Part shown: in pieces, positions 35,962-48,911 of the stretch
Numbering within the stretch: position 1 is the first letter of the stretch
How the letters are laid out: every line of letters begins with the position of its first letter
Assembly: GCA_001643675.2 (NCBI GenBank)
Contig: LSRY02000007.1
Coordinates: forward strand, 1,488,001 to 1,552,000
DNA from: Monocercomonoides exilis PA203
Taxonomy: Eukaryota > Protista > Preaxostyla
DNA length: 64,000 bases
Direction of reading: 5' to 3'
Made by a program: the position numbers and the translations under genes
The notes under the pieces: model-generated
The model's input: only the letters and a program-made list of their open reading frames with translations
Databases searched by the model: none
What the model was told of the DNA's origin: nothing

Positions 35962-36115
35962 AGTTTATTTATTTAAGATAAAGACTTTGAAATTTTAATG
36001 AAATCGTCGTTGGAGTTAGATCTTAACGAAAAAGATAGAATAATGGGGTATATCCAATTAAAGATTTTGTTTGATAAATAAATGTGATATGGAAAAAACA
36101 AAGTATTGTAATTTT

Positions 36116-38336
36116 CTATTTATCCTTTTGTTGTTTTCCCTTTTGTTTGTTTTGTTTCTTTTTATCTTTTTGAGATTTGTTTTTTTGTTGCTTTTTCTTA
36201 TTACTTTCATTGGAAACAGCTGAATGTGAAGATGACTGCGCAGATGCCGTAGCTTGCTTTTCTTTCTGCTTGTTCTTAGAATTTGGAAGCGAAGGGAAAT
36301 CCGTCAAAGGAACCGACCCTGGATGAATCAGATGAGCAGCATGCGGCTGCTGCAGGGAAATGGCAGAGTGTGCAGGGTGAGGAGAAGTAGAAGAAGAGAG
36401 TGAATGAGAAGACAAAGGTGATATCTGCTGTTGTGGTGAATTAACCGAACGCGAATGAAGCAGCTGCGCAGGCTCCTTCAGCGGCGCCCCCGACAGAATG
36501 GGGGCAGTCTGCGCCGTCTGGAAGAGCTCGCCGGAAGACTCAAAGAAAGCCATCTGCGGCGTCGGAAGCATCGCTGCCTGTGTGTTTGTCTTTGCAAGAG
36601 CAGCAAGGGCAGGCCCAGTGGGATGAGAAAGATACGCCTGCGAGCCCAGCGGCTGCAGCGGAGGCTGGTGGGCATACGGCACAGCGGCTGGCAGAAGGCC
36701 CTGGGACTCGGGCGAAGGAAGAAGCGCTGCAGATGATGAAAGACTACCACCTCCACCACCACCAATAGCAGCAGCAGCAGCAGATGAAGAAGACGAGTAA
36801 GTTGCCTTTGCCTTGCCGCTCTGGACAGCACTTTGGTTTTGGGCTTGATGCAGTTGAAATGAAGGAAGAAGCGGCGCGGAGCTGTTTGGAGGGGCAGCTG
36901 TGTTTGACAGGCGCGAGGCGAATGGAGCGGGTGTCGGGAGCAGAGGAGAGGCTCCCGGTGAAGGAGGGATCGACAGGACGACAGGCTTTGCAGGCATCGG
37001 GCAGGCAGCAGAGAGGTTTCCGCCTGTAGGGGAGACGTGCTCAGGCTGCTGCGAGATGAGCACAGGGGCGCGTGCAAAGGAAGAAGGAGATGGCTGGTTA
37101 TCGGCATGATTTGGGGCAGAGGATGTGCCGGAATGTGGGGAAAGAGGCGCCGATGGCTCAGAGTTTGTGTAGGATGGTGACTGTGTTTGCGGCTGAAGTA
37201 ACGAAGATACTGAAGGTGTATGAGTGGATGAAGAAGTTGATGAATCTTGTGGTGTAAAGGATTTAGTGGAGATTTCAGTAACGGATTCAATTCCTTCTGC
37301 GCATTCAGATGAGACGCCTGTTTGAATGTGCTCTGGAGAAATTGCATCAGAATGAGGAGAACATTTTTCATTTGCGCTTGTTTGTGAATTGATAAAGTTG
37401 CTGCTTTGCATTTCTTGATTTTTGAGTAATTCAGAATCTTTTGGCATTTCTTCACCGCAAACTTCTTTTGAGAGATCTTGCTCTATCTTTTTTGTATCTT
37501 TCTTATTCCGCTTGTAAAATGGAACAGGTGTAGCTTTCGGCTTAGAACCCGGATGAGAAGCTTCAAAAATCAAATAGCTTGTAGATTTTTCAGGGAGTTT
37601 TTTGATTTGTGAATTTGAAGAACTTTCTTTTTTCTCCTTTTTTGAATGAGAGCCATGAGATCGATGTGGAATATTTGCAATATTCATTTTTGGAACGAAT
37701 ATTCTATCAACAAGTTTCAGTGTTGTGGAAGAGACCTCATTTGATGTTTCTTCTTTCTTCTCAATCGTTTCAACATCTTTTTCTTTCTTCTCTTCAATCG
37801 ATTGCTGTTTTGTTTCTGAAGATTTAACCGGTAAGTCTTTATTTGAATTTTCTTTAGTTTTATTCGAATCTGTTTGGCGATTTCGCTCATTTAATGAATG
37901 GGATGGTTTTGTTTCTTCTGATGATTTCTGAGGCACAGAATCGGTGACTTTTGCGGATTTTGCTTCTTTATGCTTTGATTTCGATTTTGAATTAGAAATC
38001 TTTACATTGAGTTTCGGTACGAATACAGATGAATTTATGTTTAATTGTTGAGAGCTTGTTTTTGAAGACTCACTGTGAGTTGACGATTTTGAAGAGGATG
38101 ACGATTCATGATGATGCTTCTTTGGTGCCTGTATTCCTTGTTGCGCATCAAACCATTCTTGTGCATTTTTAGGCGGTCTGGATGGCTGTTGCTGTTGATA
38201 TAACCCTGCCATTGATGAACTAAAAATATCGAAAGGATGCAAAATAAATTTTTTATAATAGCTTGTCAAACGTTGGTGGCATTAACATCTCTTCGAATGC
38301 CCCGAATGGAAACAGAACTGGCGGGTAAAACGCCAT
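36116..38336 (-). CDS. Low-complexity hypothetical protein with a PAM2-like motif; 2 exons
   Basis: Upstream exon MAFYPPVLFPFGAFEEMLMPPT joins the 717 aa ORF through a phase-2 GTTTGA..TAG intron. Contains LNINSSVFVP (PAM2-like), DFPSL and a basic C-terminus. Confidence 0.6.
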
Positions 38337-38619
38337 CAAACCCCCGTAAACAAATGTAATTCAATTTGCTATTAGAAATAACGGTTCAAAGGATCATGGT
38401 TATCTTTCTTATCAAATAATCATTTTTCCCATTTGATTATTATTACAACTTACTGAACAAAAATGAATGAATGCCCATGAAATTAATTGCTTTTATCAGA
38501 ATCTTTTTTATCGATTCTTACAAATATTAAAATTTACAGTTTCTTTGGTAATTAATGATATTAAAACATAACTTGAAAAATAAAAACTTAGAAATGGATT
38601 ATGAAATGAATTGAGAAGA

Positions 38620-39945
38620 TTAAATGGATTCCATGATTTCTTCTTCCATTTCCTCATCTTCACCTTCTTCCTCTTCTTCCTCTTCGTCTTCTTCATCCTC
38701 TTCAAATGATCCCCAATGTTTTCTAAGTTCCTGCTTTTCTTCCTCTTCCTCTTCGATATCATAAGGATTTCCATAAATAGGATGGCCGTCCTAAGATTCA
38801 AAATTTCATAATGATAATTGTCAAAATATGAATTAATTATTTAAAATATGCGTTTATTACCCTCACAAGAAAATACAAACGTAAAAATAAACTTTTGAAA
38901 AAAGAATATCTTTTCAGGCTGACAATGATGGACAACTTTTTCCACACAACAAACATATTATCATCCTCTTTTAATTTATCAGTCTCACTCATGTTTAATG
39001 TCATATAGACACACACCTCATCAGTTGGAGGAGTACCCCATCCACCTGGTTGCATTCCGTACTGAGCACCAAGCCTGGCAGGGATCGGAGCATTCACCCC
39101 AGGCACTTTCAAATTGGGATAGGACGGAGGTGGGCCATAACGCTGCATATTATAGAGCCACGGTGGGGGCATTCCTGGTCCCATTCCAAGCGCTTGTTTA
39201 AGTTCTGCTGACATCACTCCTGGCTTGTATTTTGACGCATTGATCTGATTTTCTTTTCCTTCATAATAAATATCTCCGTGAATTGTAAGATGTTCTGGCT
39301 TTGTTTGATACACAAAAAATGCATCATGGAGCATCTTCCAGTCCATTGAAACCTTTCCCATTTTTGGTCTAACTTTCTCACGCTGCTTTTGCTTTCGAGA
39401 TTTTTTTGCTTCTGCTTCAGCAAGTGCATCTCTCATCTTACTAACTCCAGTTGCCTCAATATAGTCAGGCAAGCGATATAAAGATTTTTCTATTCCAACT
39501 TTATTTGCTAGATACTTTCGCTTTTGTATCCAATGGCGCGGAACAGGAACAGTATTCCGATATGATTTAAGATGAACGAGAAGCAACGCTTCATTTGAAT
39601 TAGCATCATGAAGTTCAACAACCTCTGGATGCTTAACTTGTTGTTTTAATTGAGCAATAGTCATTCTATTTAAAAGTTTTCGTTTTTTCTTTGAAAGAAC
39701 AGTCCGTTCCAACTCTTCTTCCTCTTCAGTTTTAACTTCTCCAAAATCTTTTTCTGCATCGTTTTGCTCTTCGGAAATAGTCTCCATCTCGCTTTTTGGT
39801 CTTATTGCATTGAATTTTGAAAAGATCTCTGCAAATTCTGGATCAACTGATATTTCGTTTTGTTTATCATCAATATCCCTGCGTAAAAAATACATACAAA
39901 AAATTTATTTATTAAATAAGAAACTTTAATGTCAAATTCAAACAT
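38620..39945 (-). CDS. SF3B2: Splicing factor 3B subunit 2 (SAP145/Cus1), compact form; 3 exons
   Basis: IAQLKQQVKHPEVVELHD..LLVHLKSYRNTVPVPRHW..KRKYL, HGDIYYEGKE, PPPWLYNMQRYGPPPSYPNLKVPGVNAPIP, GGWGTPP; the last exon is DGHPIYG..HWG plus an acidic tail. Confidence 0.95.
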
Positions 39946-40225
39946 AGTTCGAAGATAAACAAAAACAAATTAAAAAGTAAGTAATGAAGGGTTTTTGATC
40001 GAATAATTTCTTTTTTTACCTATCTTTTCATATATCAAATAAAAATGCATAAACAAATGAACTTAAAGCAATTGATAAAATGCATTTGTTCTTTGATTAA
40101 TGTTTAACATAAATAAAATCATATCACATGAAAAAAAAAGTTTTAAGAAAGGCGAATCATTTTAAAATTTCAAATTTGCTCACAAAATCTTTTAACTTCA
40201 ATTTCAGTTAATTCAAGCCTTGTTT

Positions 40226-43200
40226 TCACCTTTTCCCCTGACCGAGTGGAAGTTGTGAAGGAGCAGCTTTAAAGAGAATGTTTTCTAAAAGTTTCTCTCT
40301 TTTGGCATTTCTGTCTCTATTTGCTTGAAAAAGTGAGCTTTTTGAAGATTGCGATGGGGCCCTCTTCAATTTGCCTTGCTCTTTTTGCTGTTTCATCGTC
40401 CTTTGCATTTTCAATTCATCTAATTTGGCCTTCCTAATCTTTCTTTCCTCTTCTTCTTTCGACTTCTTCTCCTTCATTCTGAGTGTCTCTATCTTCTTTG
40501 ATAGCCTTTCGCTCTTCTCTTTCAAAAGCAGCTGTTTCATCTGCAGCCACCGAAACTGCGCAACACCCGCAGCAAACGCGCGCCGGCAGTCGAACGGGCA
40601 GAACGGGCAGAGGAACGAGAGAAGGGGAGTTGTTTGAATGCAATACTCGGCTAAAAGGATGAGAGAGCCAGGAATAATCGACTCAGAGCCAGAAGAAGGC
40701 GGACAGGCAGGGCGAGAAGAGAACGATGTGATTGAACGGGAAGAGGAAGCTGGCTGTTTTGTGGTTGTTTGGAAGGGCTTGACAGAAGAGCGAAGCTGAG
40801 AATACGAAGTTGAGCTGAGCGGTCTTTTTGAAATGGAGGTTGTTAATCCAAGAGGAGGTGGAATGAAAGAACGTGATAACAAATTCGACGATGGAAAAGA
40901 AGAAGAAAACGAAGAAGAAGAAGAAGAAGAAAATGATGATGAAGAAGATGTTACAGAATAATTTGGCATCTCGTTCTGCTTCACGCAGTTGTTTAAGAAA
41001 CCATCGCGCTGCTGACGAGGAAGAGAGAAGAGCTCAGACAATGAAATGACCGGATATCCTTCATTGGGGAAAGAAGAGGCAGAGCTGTGAAGTGAATCAG
41101 TCAGTCCTCCAGGGGGAGTTTGAGTGAATGTGACATATGAATGAGAAGAAGAAGGAGAGGATGAAGGAGTTGTTAGTGACGATAACGATGATGGCTGTGA
41201 AACAGAAGAGGAAGAGGAAGAGGAGGAAGAAGAAGAGGAAGAAGGTGCTTGTGATGATGTTGGTGGCTGAAGAAGCTGGCGAAGTGGGGTTGCCCCGTCT
41301 GAAGTGAGAGACGGAGGAAGATGCGCCAAAATGAAGTCGCTTCTCTGCATCTCGTCGTCCGACTCAGCAAATTCGTCTTTCTCATCAGCAGAAACAGAAG
41401 TTCCCTTTGTTTGCTGCGTCGTCCTCAGCTGCTGCTGTTGTTGTTGTTGTGGTGTGCTTGTTCTCTGAAACTGCCTCCGCTCTGCTTCTCTCTGCCTCCT
41501 CATCCTTCTCGCCAGCTGCTCCTCTTTCTCTTTCTCTTTGGCCTTTTCTGTCGCACATGCAACACAGAAGGGCGAATGGGTAACGGAAACCTGAGAAAGG
41601 CGAAGTGAGGTTAAAAGAGGAGAAGAGTGAGATGGCTGCTGAAGCTGCTGAGTGTTTGACGAGCGAAGTGGAGAAGAGAAGAAGGAAGAAGAGAACAGCA
41701 TGGGCGAGGCAGTCAGGTTCGACGGAGAAGAAGGAGAAGAAGGAGAAGAAGGCGGTGAAATGGAGAAGGAAAGAGAAGAGGAGACAGATGAATACACAGA
41801 TGGCCTGACTGTTTGGCGGGTGTTGATTGGAGAGTCGAAGCACACAGACGGAAGAGCAGGTGGTGTTGGAGAGATGAAAGGGTCAGAAGGCGGCTGGTGA
41901 ATGTGGAAAGGAGAAGGAAATGGCTCATAACTCAGCTGGGAGTATGTTTTGCCACTGAAAGATTGCCCAAAGTCGCTGTGCTTATAGCGAGGCGAGCCTA
42001 TGGAATGAGGTGGCTGTGGAAGTTCTTCAGATTCTGTAAACTGATCTCCGCCCTTTTTGAGATTTTCTTCACTGTTGGACAATTGATGCTCATCTAAAAA
42101 TGACTTTTCTGAAGCATTTTCTGTTTCTGCACCTTTTCTTTCATTGCGCTGCATTTGAGGCGCCTCCAACGAATTTTGAAGTAAATTTTGGTTTTTTGAA
42201 TGATTTTCTTGCGCCATCTGATCAGAAGAAGATTGCTGTCTCTTTTCTGTTTGAGCAGAATCACCAGCATTCTCCTTATCTCCTTCTGCTTTTGCGCTTT
42301 CTGCTGCATTCTTCTTCTTCGCAATTCCAGTCACCATTTCCCTTGCTGTGTTAACTTTGCTCTCATTGTTTGAGCCTCTGCCAGTTCGCAGAGTTTCAAT
42401 GCCTTCCAAAAGAGCCTTCCACTCTTCATCTGGCTCTTCTTCGCTGCTCAATTCTTCTTCGTCTTCATCTTTTTCTTTCTCCTTTCTTTCTCCTTCACTT
42501 CCTTCCTTATTTTTCTGTTGAGAAAAGCTTTGTTCGTTTTGAGCTTCGCATTTTTCCAATTTATCTTCAATTTTTCCTCCTTGTGCCTCTTTTTCTGGTA
42601 TATCCACAATTTTTTCATGTGGAATTGCTTTCAAATGAAGTGGTGATACACTTGCTGGTAAAGGTGAATGGTGAACTTCATGTTGAACATTAACTGTAGA
42701 ATTTGGCTGTTCTGTTTGTTTTTTCAATGAAAATGAATCATCTTCGCCTTCAAATTCTTCATCTGCAAAACTGCTAACGTCGCTCCAGTCCATATAATCC
42801 TCGTCGTCTTCTTCTTCCTTTTCTTCTTTATCGTTGATATCATCTTTTGAGAATTTCTGATCATTTTCACAATTTTTATCCAAAGTTGACCTTCTTTGAA
42901 AGCCACCTTTTCTATCAAACCCATTCGCATTTTGTTCTCCCTTGCTTTTTCCTGTCCCGTCTTCATTCCCTTCCACCAACTTCCTCCTCTTCTTCTCAAC
43001 TTCCCTCATCTCACACAATTTTTCTTCTTTGCCCTGGCACAGCACCTCCTCTTCTGCCACAAACTGAGCTATGCTTGGAAGGATCTGCTGCAGCACCGCC
43101 AGCGTCGAAAGCGCAGACAGCGCCAGACTGTCTGTCGCATCCAGCCGGGGAGACGGCGGAGTGTGTGGAGGAGAGCCGATCGAGTACGAGCCATCGGCAA

Positions 43201-44780
43201 GTGAAGGCATTTCGAGAGAATGCGGAGAAAGCGTTTCTGTGAGTGTGTCAGCGAATGCAGTGTTTGAGATGTCATTGTCGTTTATTTGGTTGATTGAAGG
43301 GTCAGATGCAATGGGCGTTGAAGAGGAACGATTTGAAGGCATCTTTTGAGGTTGATTGCTTGAAGAAGACTCATTTTCCATTCCAAGTGCTGTTATTTGA
43401 GCTATTCCACTCATCGTTTTGTCCGATTGCTCCAGAGAAGGAGTAACAGAACGGAGTCGTGCAAGTTCGGTGGATGAGAATTCTGTGACAGCATTCGCCC
43501 AATCATTGCTCTGACCTTCTCTGTTTCTGCTGCTGCTTCTGTTTGTCTCATTCATTTTTGCTGATCGCAGCTGTTGTTGCTCTTTTCTCGTCATACCACG
43601 TTGAGTGCTCCTATTTCTTGATGCTGATCCATAAAGCAGAGACGGAGTATTTCCTGTTGGTGGTGTTGGATTCCGTCGATCTGCGTATGATTCTCTCATT
43701 TTGGTTTTCTGATTTTTATTTTCTTGAATCGCTTTCTTCGCATCTGGAGAAATGCCGCGAATGAAACGTTCTTTAGCCTCCGCATTCCATTGGCGGATTT
43801 TCTCATTCTTTTGAGCAATGAGCGATTCAGTGCTTTTGTAGTACAAAGGCACAGAGCTCCGTTCGAATAAAGTTTCACTTGTGATTTTTAGTGATGGTGA
43901 TTTGGATCTCAAAGTTGACGAGCGTATAGTTCGATAATCAGGAGGCTTTTTCGTATCTTTATTTGCTGGAGAATAAGGATTTTTTATGAGAGTTTTAAGT
44001 TGATGTATTATTCCCATCCAAGTTTTCATTGGATAGTTATTCAATTCTATTAGAGATGGAGTGAAAGTTCTGATCATGACAAAAACTTTGTAAGCTTTAT
44101 CCCATAAGTCTCTCGTTATTTCTATAGCTTTAAAACTCGATAAGTTTGATAATCTTTCTTCAATAGATTGCAAAGGCGAAAAAAAGGGGCAACCATCAAA
44201 TGATACAGAAGAAAGTTTTACATTAAATGAAAGCGAGCGTATTGTTGATTCCAACGAAATAGGATTCCACTAAAGTGCAAAAGAGTTACAGTTAATAAGT
44301 TGAATAAATCACTTTTAAAAATAATACATCCAAACCGAAGCGTCCAACGTTTCAAGCAAAGATAACGGAGCAAGAGGTTCTAATGCAGAAATTTTATTTT
44401 TCGCACATAAAAGCGCTTGTAGTCTTGTGCATGCAGATAAAGGTTTCAGAGACTTTCAAAAAGATAAACGCGTTAATTGGAAAAATAAATGTCAAGCAAA
44501 CAGAAATATAATTCTCAGAAATATCCAAAATTTCAAGTCCAGGGCATTGTGAACCAATCGCAGATACATCATTCAATTCACAGCAATTAACATTTAATAC
44601 CGATAAGTTTTCTGGGAGCCATCCAAGAGAAACTACAAATAAAAAAGAGTAAAATACAAAAATCAATAAGCAAGACACACCTAAAGTTTGTTGAGACAGC
44701 GATACATTTAATAATTGTGTTTCTTGATCTTTTTGTCTTGTTGGGCATTTTTCTGTCTCGTTAATACCCTGAGAAAACAT
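40226..44780 (-). CDS. Protein with N-terminal SDS22-like leucine-rich repeats and a long low-complexity/coiled-coil region; 4 exons
   Basis: Spliced LSVLNVNCCEL..LEILDISENYISSLKPLSACTRLQALLCAKNKISALEPL..LETLDASWNPI..FDGCPF, continuing into the 1342 aa ORF. Confidence 0.75.
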
Positions 44781-44898
44781 TTGAAAAAACTACCCTTATT
44801 TAATTTTTTCAATATCAACCCAACATATTCCTTAAAGAGAGATATTTTATTTTTTGCACCGTTTTCGAAAACATAGGTTGAATTTCAATAAATACTAT
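44781..44898. promoter_or_regulatory. Probable bidirectional promoter (118 bp between divergent ATGs)
   Basis: Head-to-head arrangement of the LRR gene and the membrane-protein gene. Confidence 0.45.
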
Positions 44899-45775
44899 AT
44901 GTCTCAAAGCGATAAATCTTCAATAAATGCAGAAACAACACAAAACTCTGTTGTACAGCGCGTTACACTTCACAACCCTTCTCCGACAGCTTCTTTTGAG
45001 GGGAAATGCCTAAATGATGTCAAAAGACAAATAAATGTTGACGGAAAAGAAATTAATGATGAAAAAGATGAAGATGAAGATGAAGATGAGGGGAATCAGC
45101 AATTTCCATGCTGCGTTTATGCACTTTTTTTTTCACTAATCATTTCATTATTTCTTCTACCTCTGATTTGGAGGCACCTTCCATTTACAAAAGTGCATGT
45201 ACAATTGTTTAATGATGGTAAAGCAGTTGAAAGAGTCTTGTCAAAAGTTTGATTTCAATTTTTTTAATATCTTTTTTGTGAAATTTCAATTTTTCAGAAA
45301 TATAATTGCTATTTTTGGATAGACAAAACGAGTGCAAGAATAATGAGTAAACGTCTGCGTTAATTTTTATTGTTTTCTATTCATAATTGTTGGTTTACGT
45401 TTATATTCAGTTCCGGACTTTTTACAAAAGTTTATGACCCAACCAGGGGACGAACTCATAAAAGAAACAATTGATTTGTGCAACTCAAAACAACCTCCAT
45501 CTGTTCCAGAAGAACCTTCTTCGAGAAATACCAAACTCGGTAGGTTTGCAGATGATATAGAAAATCGCATTCATGAGAAAGAAGAAGAGAATTTTCAAAA
45601 AGAAAAGAAAAACTACGAAAAACTGAAATTGGCTAATCAAAATTGGGAAAGAAACAAAGAAGAAGCTTGCCACATTCTACACGAAATGTACAAGGATTCA
45701 CAAGCTTTTTCTGATTTCCAGAAGAAGCAACTTTCTTCAGTGGATCCGCCATTTAAAAACGTCAAAATTTTTTAA
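44899..45775 (+). CDS. Hypothetical single-pass membrane protein with C-terminal coiled coil (exons 44899-45246, 45298-45352, 45411-45775)
   Basis: Two GT-AG introns with matching phases join ORFs 44854..45252 and 45434..45775. Hydrophobic segment CCVYALFFSLIISLFLLPLIW. Confidence 0.65.
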
Positions 45776-45900
45776 TGTTAAATTATAATTGTTTGTATGA
45801 TTTTACTTTAAAGGTCTTGTTTGAACATTTTCTTCAAATTTTTTGTTATATTTTCAGATCTCATTTCACATTCTTTTATATTTTGTTTTTTATTTTGAGG

Positions 45901-48835
45901 ATGGCTTTTCCTTTCTATTCCTCGGAAAGCGAAAGATCATCTCTAAGATTTTCTGCGTTTCTATCTCAACATTCTGCGGACGAAACTCGTCATACAGATG
46001 AAGATTCTGCTGATTCTTTAAGAAGAAAAAATCGAGAAAACTATCTTGGCCTTCGTCGATATGAAGAAGATAGCTTTTCTGAAACAACAATGATTGATGT
46101 ATAATAATTTGTTTTGAAAAGATTTATTAACTTATGTGAAGAAAAATTCATTAGTTCAAATTATTCAAAAACTATCAAATTCTGAAGAAGAAATGAGAGA
46201 ATCTCTAAAACAATTATGCTCCATTGTTTCTACAATGTGTCCAAAGCCAATTCTTAATTCAACAATAAAACTTATGCTTTCCCTAAATCTTCTGGAGCCA
46301 CTTCAACAATTTTTGAAGCCTACTACCCATACAGATCTTATTGTGTGTTATTTTCACTTAAGCACCAATTTAATCACTATTTATGTCTATCAAGATATTA
46401 TCATTGCAACTAATCCATAATATTCGTATGATTTATAATTTCATTAAGAATCTTCAAAATTTTGACCAAATTAGTTGCATGTGAAATTTTGAAATTCACA
46501 AAGGAAATACTTTATTCTTCGTGCCTGTCATTTTTTCCTGCATTGTTTCAAAGCTCAGTCCCCAAAATTATTGAATTAGTGTGATTTATGAAATTTTCTG
46601 TTTTTAGAAATCATTTCTTTTTGAGACATGCAAATGCGTGCATTTTCTTTCTATTTTTTCAACAGATTTCAGAGACTACTGCGTGCAATTTGATCTTGTT
46701 GCTCCTGTAATTTCCATCATACAGACATCAAGTCAAGAACTCTTCTTCCCTTCAGCAAGCCAATCATTGATTCCTCAATCATCATCTGTGCTTTGTGCAG
46801 GATTGATGGCATTTGAAGGGCTTTCGTCAGTGAGATGGAGAGGCAGAGGAAGTCAATCAGCAGTAGCAACTGCAGCCACTGCTTCTGACAATCCTTCACC
46901 AAATGAAGAAGAAATTGATTTGTCATCTTCTCAGCCTTCGCTGAGCGGAATGATGGAAATTGAGCCAGAAGCGTCTTCTTCTTCTGCTCCTCAGCCTTCT
47001 ACTTCTTCTTCCGAGCCTTCAACCAGCAATGTGAATGAAACATCAGAAGAGCCACATGCAGAGGCAGGCAGTGCTGCAATCAAAGCTGACAAGCTGCTGA
47101 ACGATTCGATGCCAATGATTCTCTGCCTCACAAGCAGCTCTGATGAAAACATTGTTGTTCACTCTACGGCAGCTGTGTATAAACTCACTTATGACAATTC
47201 TGATGCTATCAAAGTGTGAAATTTGCGGGGAATTGAAAAAAAAAAAATTAATTAACAAGGAAACAAAAGAAAGAAGAAGAAAATCAGAAAACTATTTCAT
47301 TTTCTTTTCTTTTCTTTTCTTTTCTTTCTTTCTTTCTTTCTTTACGATTTATTATTGTTGCAATTCTGTTGATTCTTTTTTGTTTGATAATTCCAATCAG
47401 ACGTTTTTGGAATGGGAAAATATAAATTCCTTTGCGACGTTGCTCGGAAGCGAGAATCCTCTTATTCAATGGAACACTCTCAGAACACTTGGAAATTGTC
47501 TTCAATATTCTGAAACTAATTTAGACGTATGCTGACTTTCTCAAAATGCATATTTTTGATTTTCATTTATTTATTCTTTATTTATTTCTCTATTTTCGTA
47601 TTGATCTCGCTTTATTATGAATTAAAATAAAATAAAATAAAATAATAATGAATGAAATTTCATTTATAAAAATCATATTGAAAAATTTCTTTAGGCAATT
47701 TGGAGATTAAACATTGTTCATTTTCTGAGTCATTTGATTCTGCAGCCCAATCCCCGATTGAGAAAAGAAGCACTTTGGATTTCAGTTACGATTATTCAGT
47801 GCGAGCGGAAATATGTTTGCATTTTTCTTGTCTTATATTTTGTTTTGTTTTGTTTTGTTTTGTTTTGTTCCATTGTCAAAACAAATGTTTTATATTTGAT
47901 CCTTTTATTTTGCTATCTTTCTTTTCAACTTAAATTTTCAAATTTGCATTTTTCTTTTCAAATGATATATTTCCTCCTTTGTTGTTACTCATCTTTTTTT
48001 TTTCTTTTATTTTATTTTAATTCACATATTGCATGTGTCTGCTTATATATTTATATTTATATTTATATTTATATTTATATTTATATTTATATTTATATTT
48101 ATATTTATATTTATATTTATATTTATAAATATGTATATTAAAATACTAAATTAATAAATATTAATATTTTAGATTGCTTCACTTTTCAACAACTCTGTAA
48201 TCTCATCCATGCTTTCGGTGCTTCCTTCATCGCAGAACGAAAGCCAGAAGGAGATTCTGCTTGCAATTGAGTCCATTGTTAAGACATCCACACTGTGCTT
48301 TGTGCGTTTGGTGGAACTTAACTTGGTCGAAGCGCTTGTTCGGTTACTTCCGAATTCGCCAAATCCAATTATTTATTTCATATTAAAAATTTTTAATATG
48401 CTTCTTTCTTCTGGGCAGTTCTACAAAGAGTTTATTGTTCAAGAATTTAAATGCAATTTTCGATTTGTCCTTGATACTGCTGCTCAGCTTGGCTTTCTTC
48501 ATTTTCCTGCAGAAATTCAAGATTCAGACAATTCAAACGATCAATTAAATCAGTTGCTTGCAGTGATTACTTCTTTTATACACTCCCTCCAACCTTCACC
48601 TTCTCCGTCAATCAGATCAGCAAATATTGTGGTTCTTCGTATTTGTGCATTAAGAGGAGATGCTTATTTGGGAATTCTTGTTAATCATGAAAATAACAAA
48701 ATTAGAACAATTGCAGAGGGAATAATGGAAAATTGGTTTAACAACCAAGAGTCATTTGATGAGATGAATGAAAGAAATTTACCAATAACTGTTAACTTTT
48801 CTTTTTTAATTGAAAAAAAGCTTTCTGAAGAATAA
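45901..48835 (+). CDS. Divergent importin-alpha-like ARM-repeat protein, multi-exon
   Basis: IBB-like SLRRKNRENYLGLRR, then ARM-like helices FRDYCVQFDLVAPVI, NTLRTLGN, LRKEALWI, QKEILLAI, LVNHENNKIRTIAEGIMENWF. Internal exon boundaries are only partly resolved. Confidence 0.65.
48044..48127. repeat. Intronic (TATATT)n hexanucleotide microsatellite, about 13 units
   Basis: Perfect tandem run; it produces the YIYIYI artefact in the ORF track. Confidence 0.95.
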
Positions 48836-48911
48836 AATTAATTTCTTTATAAATTCTGTTATATTTTACAAATATTTTTGAAAATTTACTAACTTATATC
48901 TCAAGATCAAT

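Noticed and set aside
38270-38345. GC-richer intergenic island as a possible ncRNA
   Set aside because: It is better explained as the first coding exon of the 36116-38336 gene (ATG, GTTTGA donor, matching phase).
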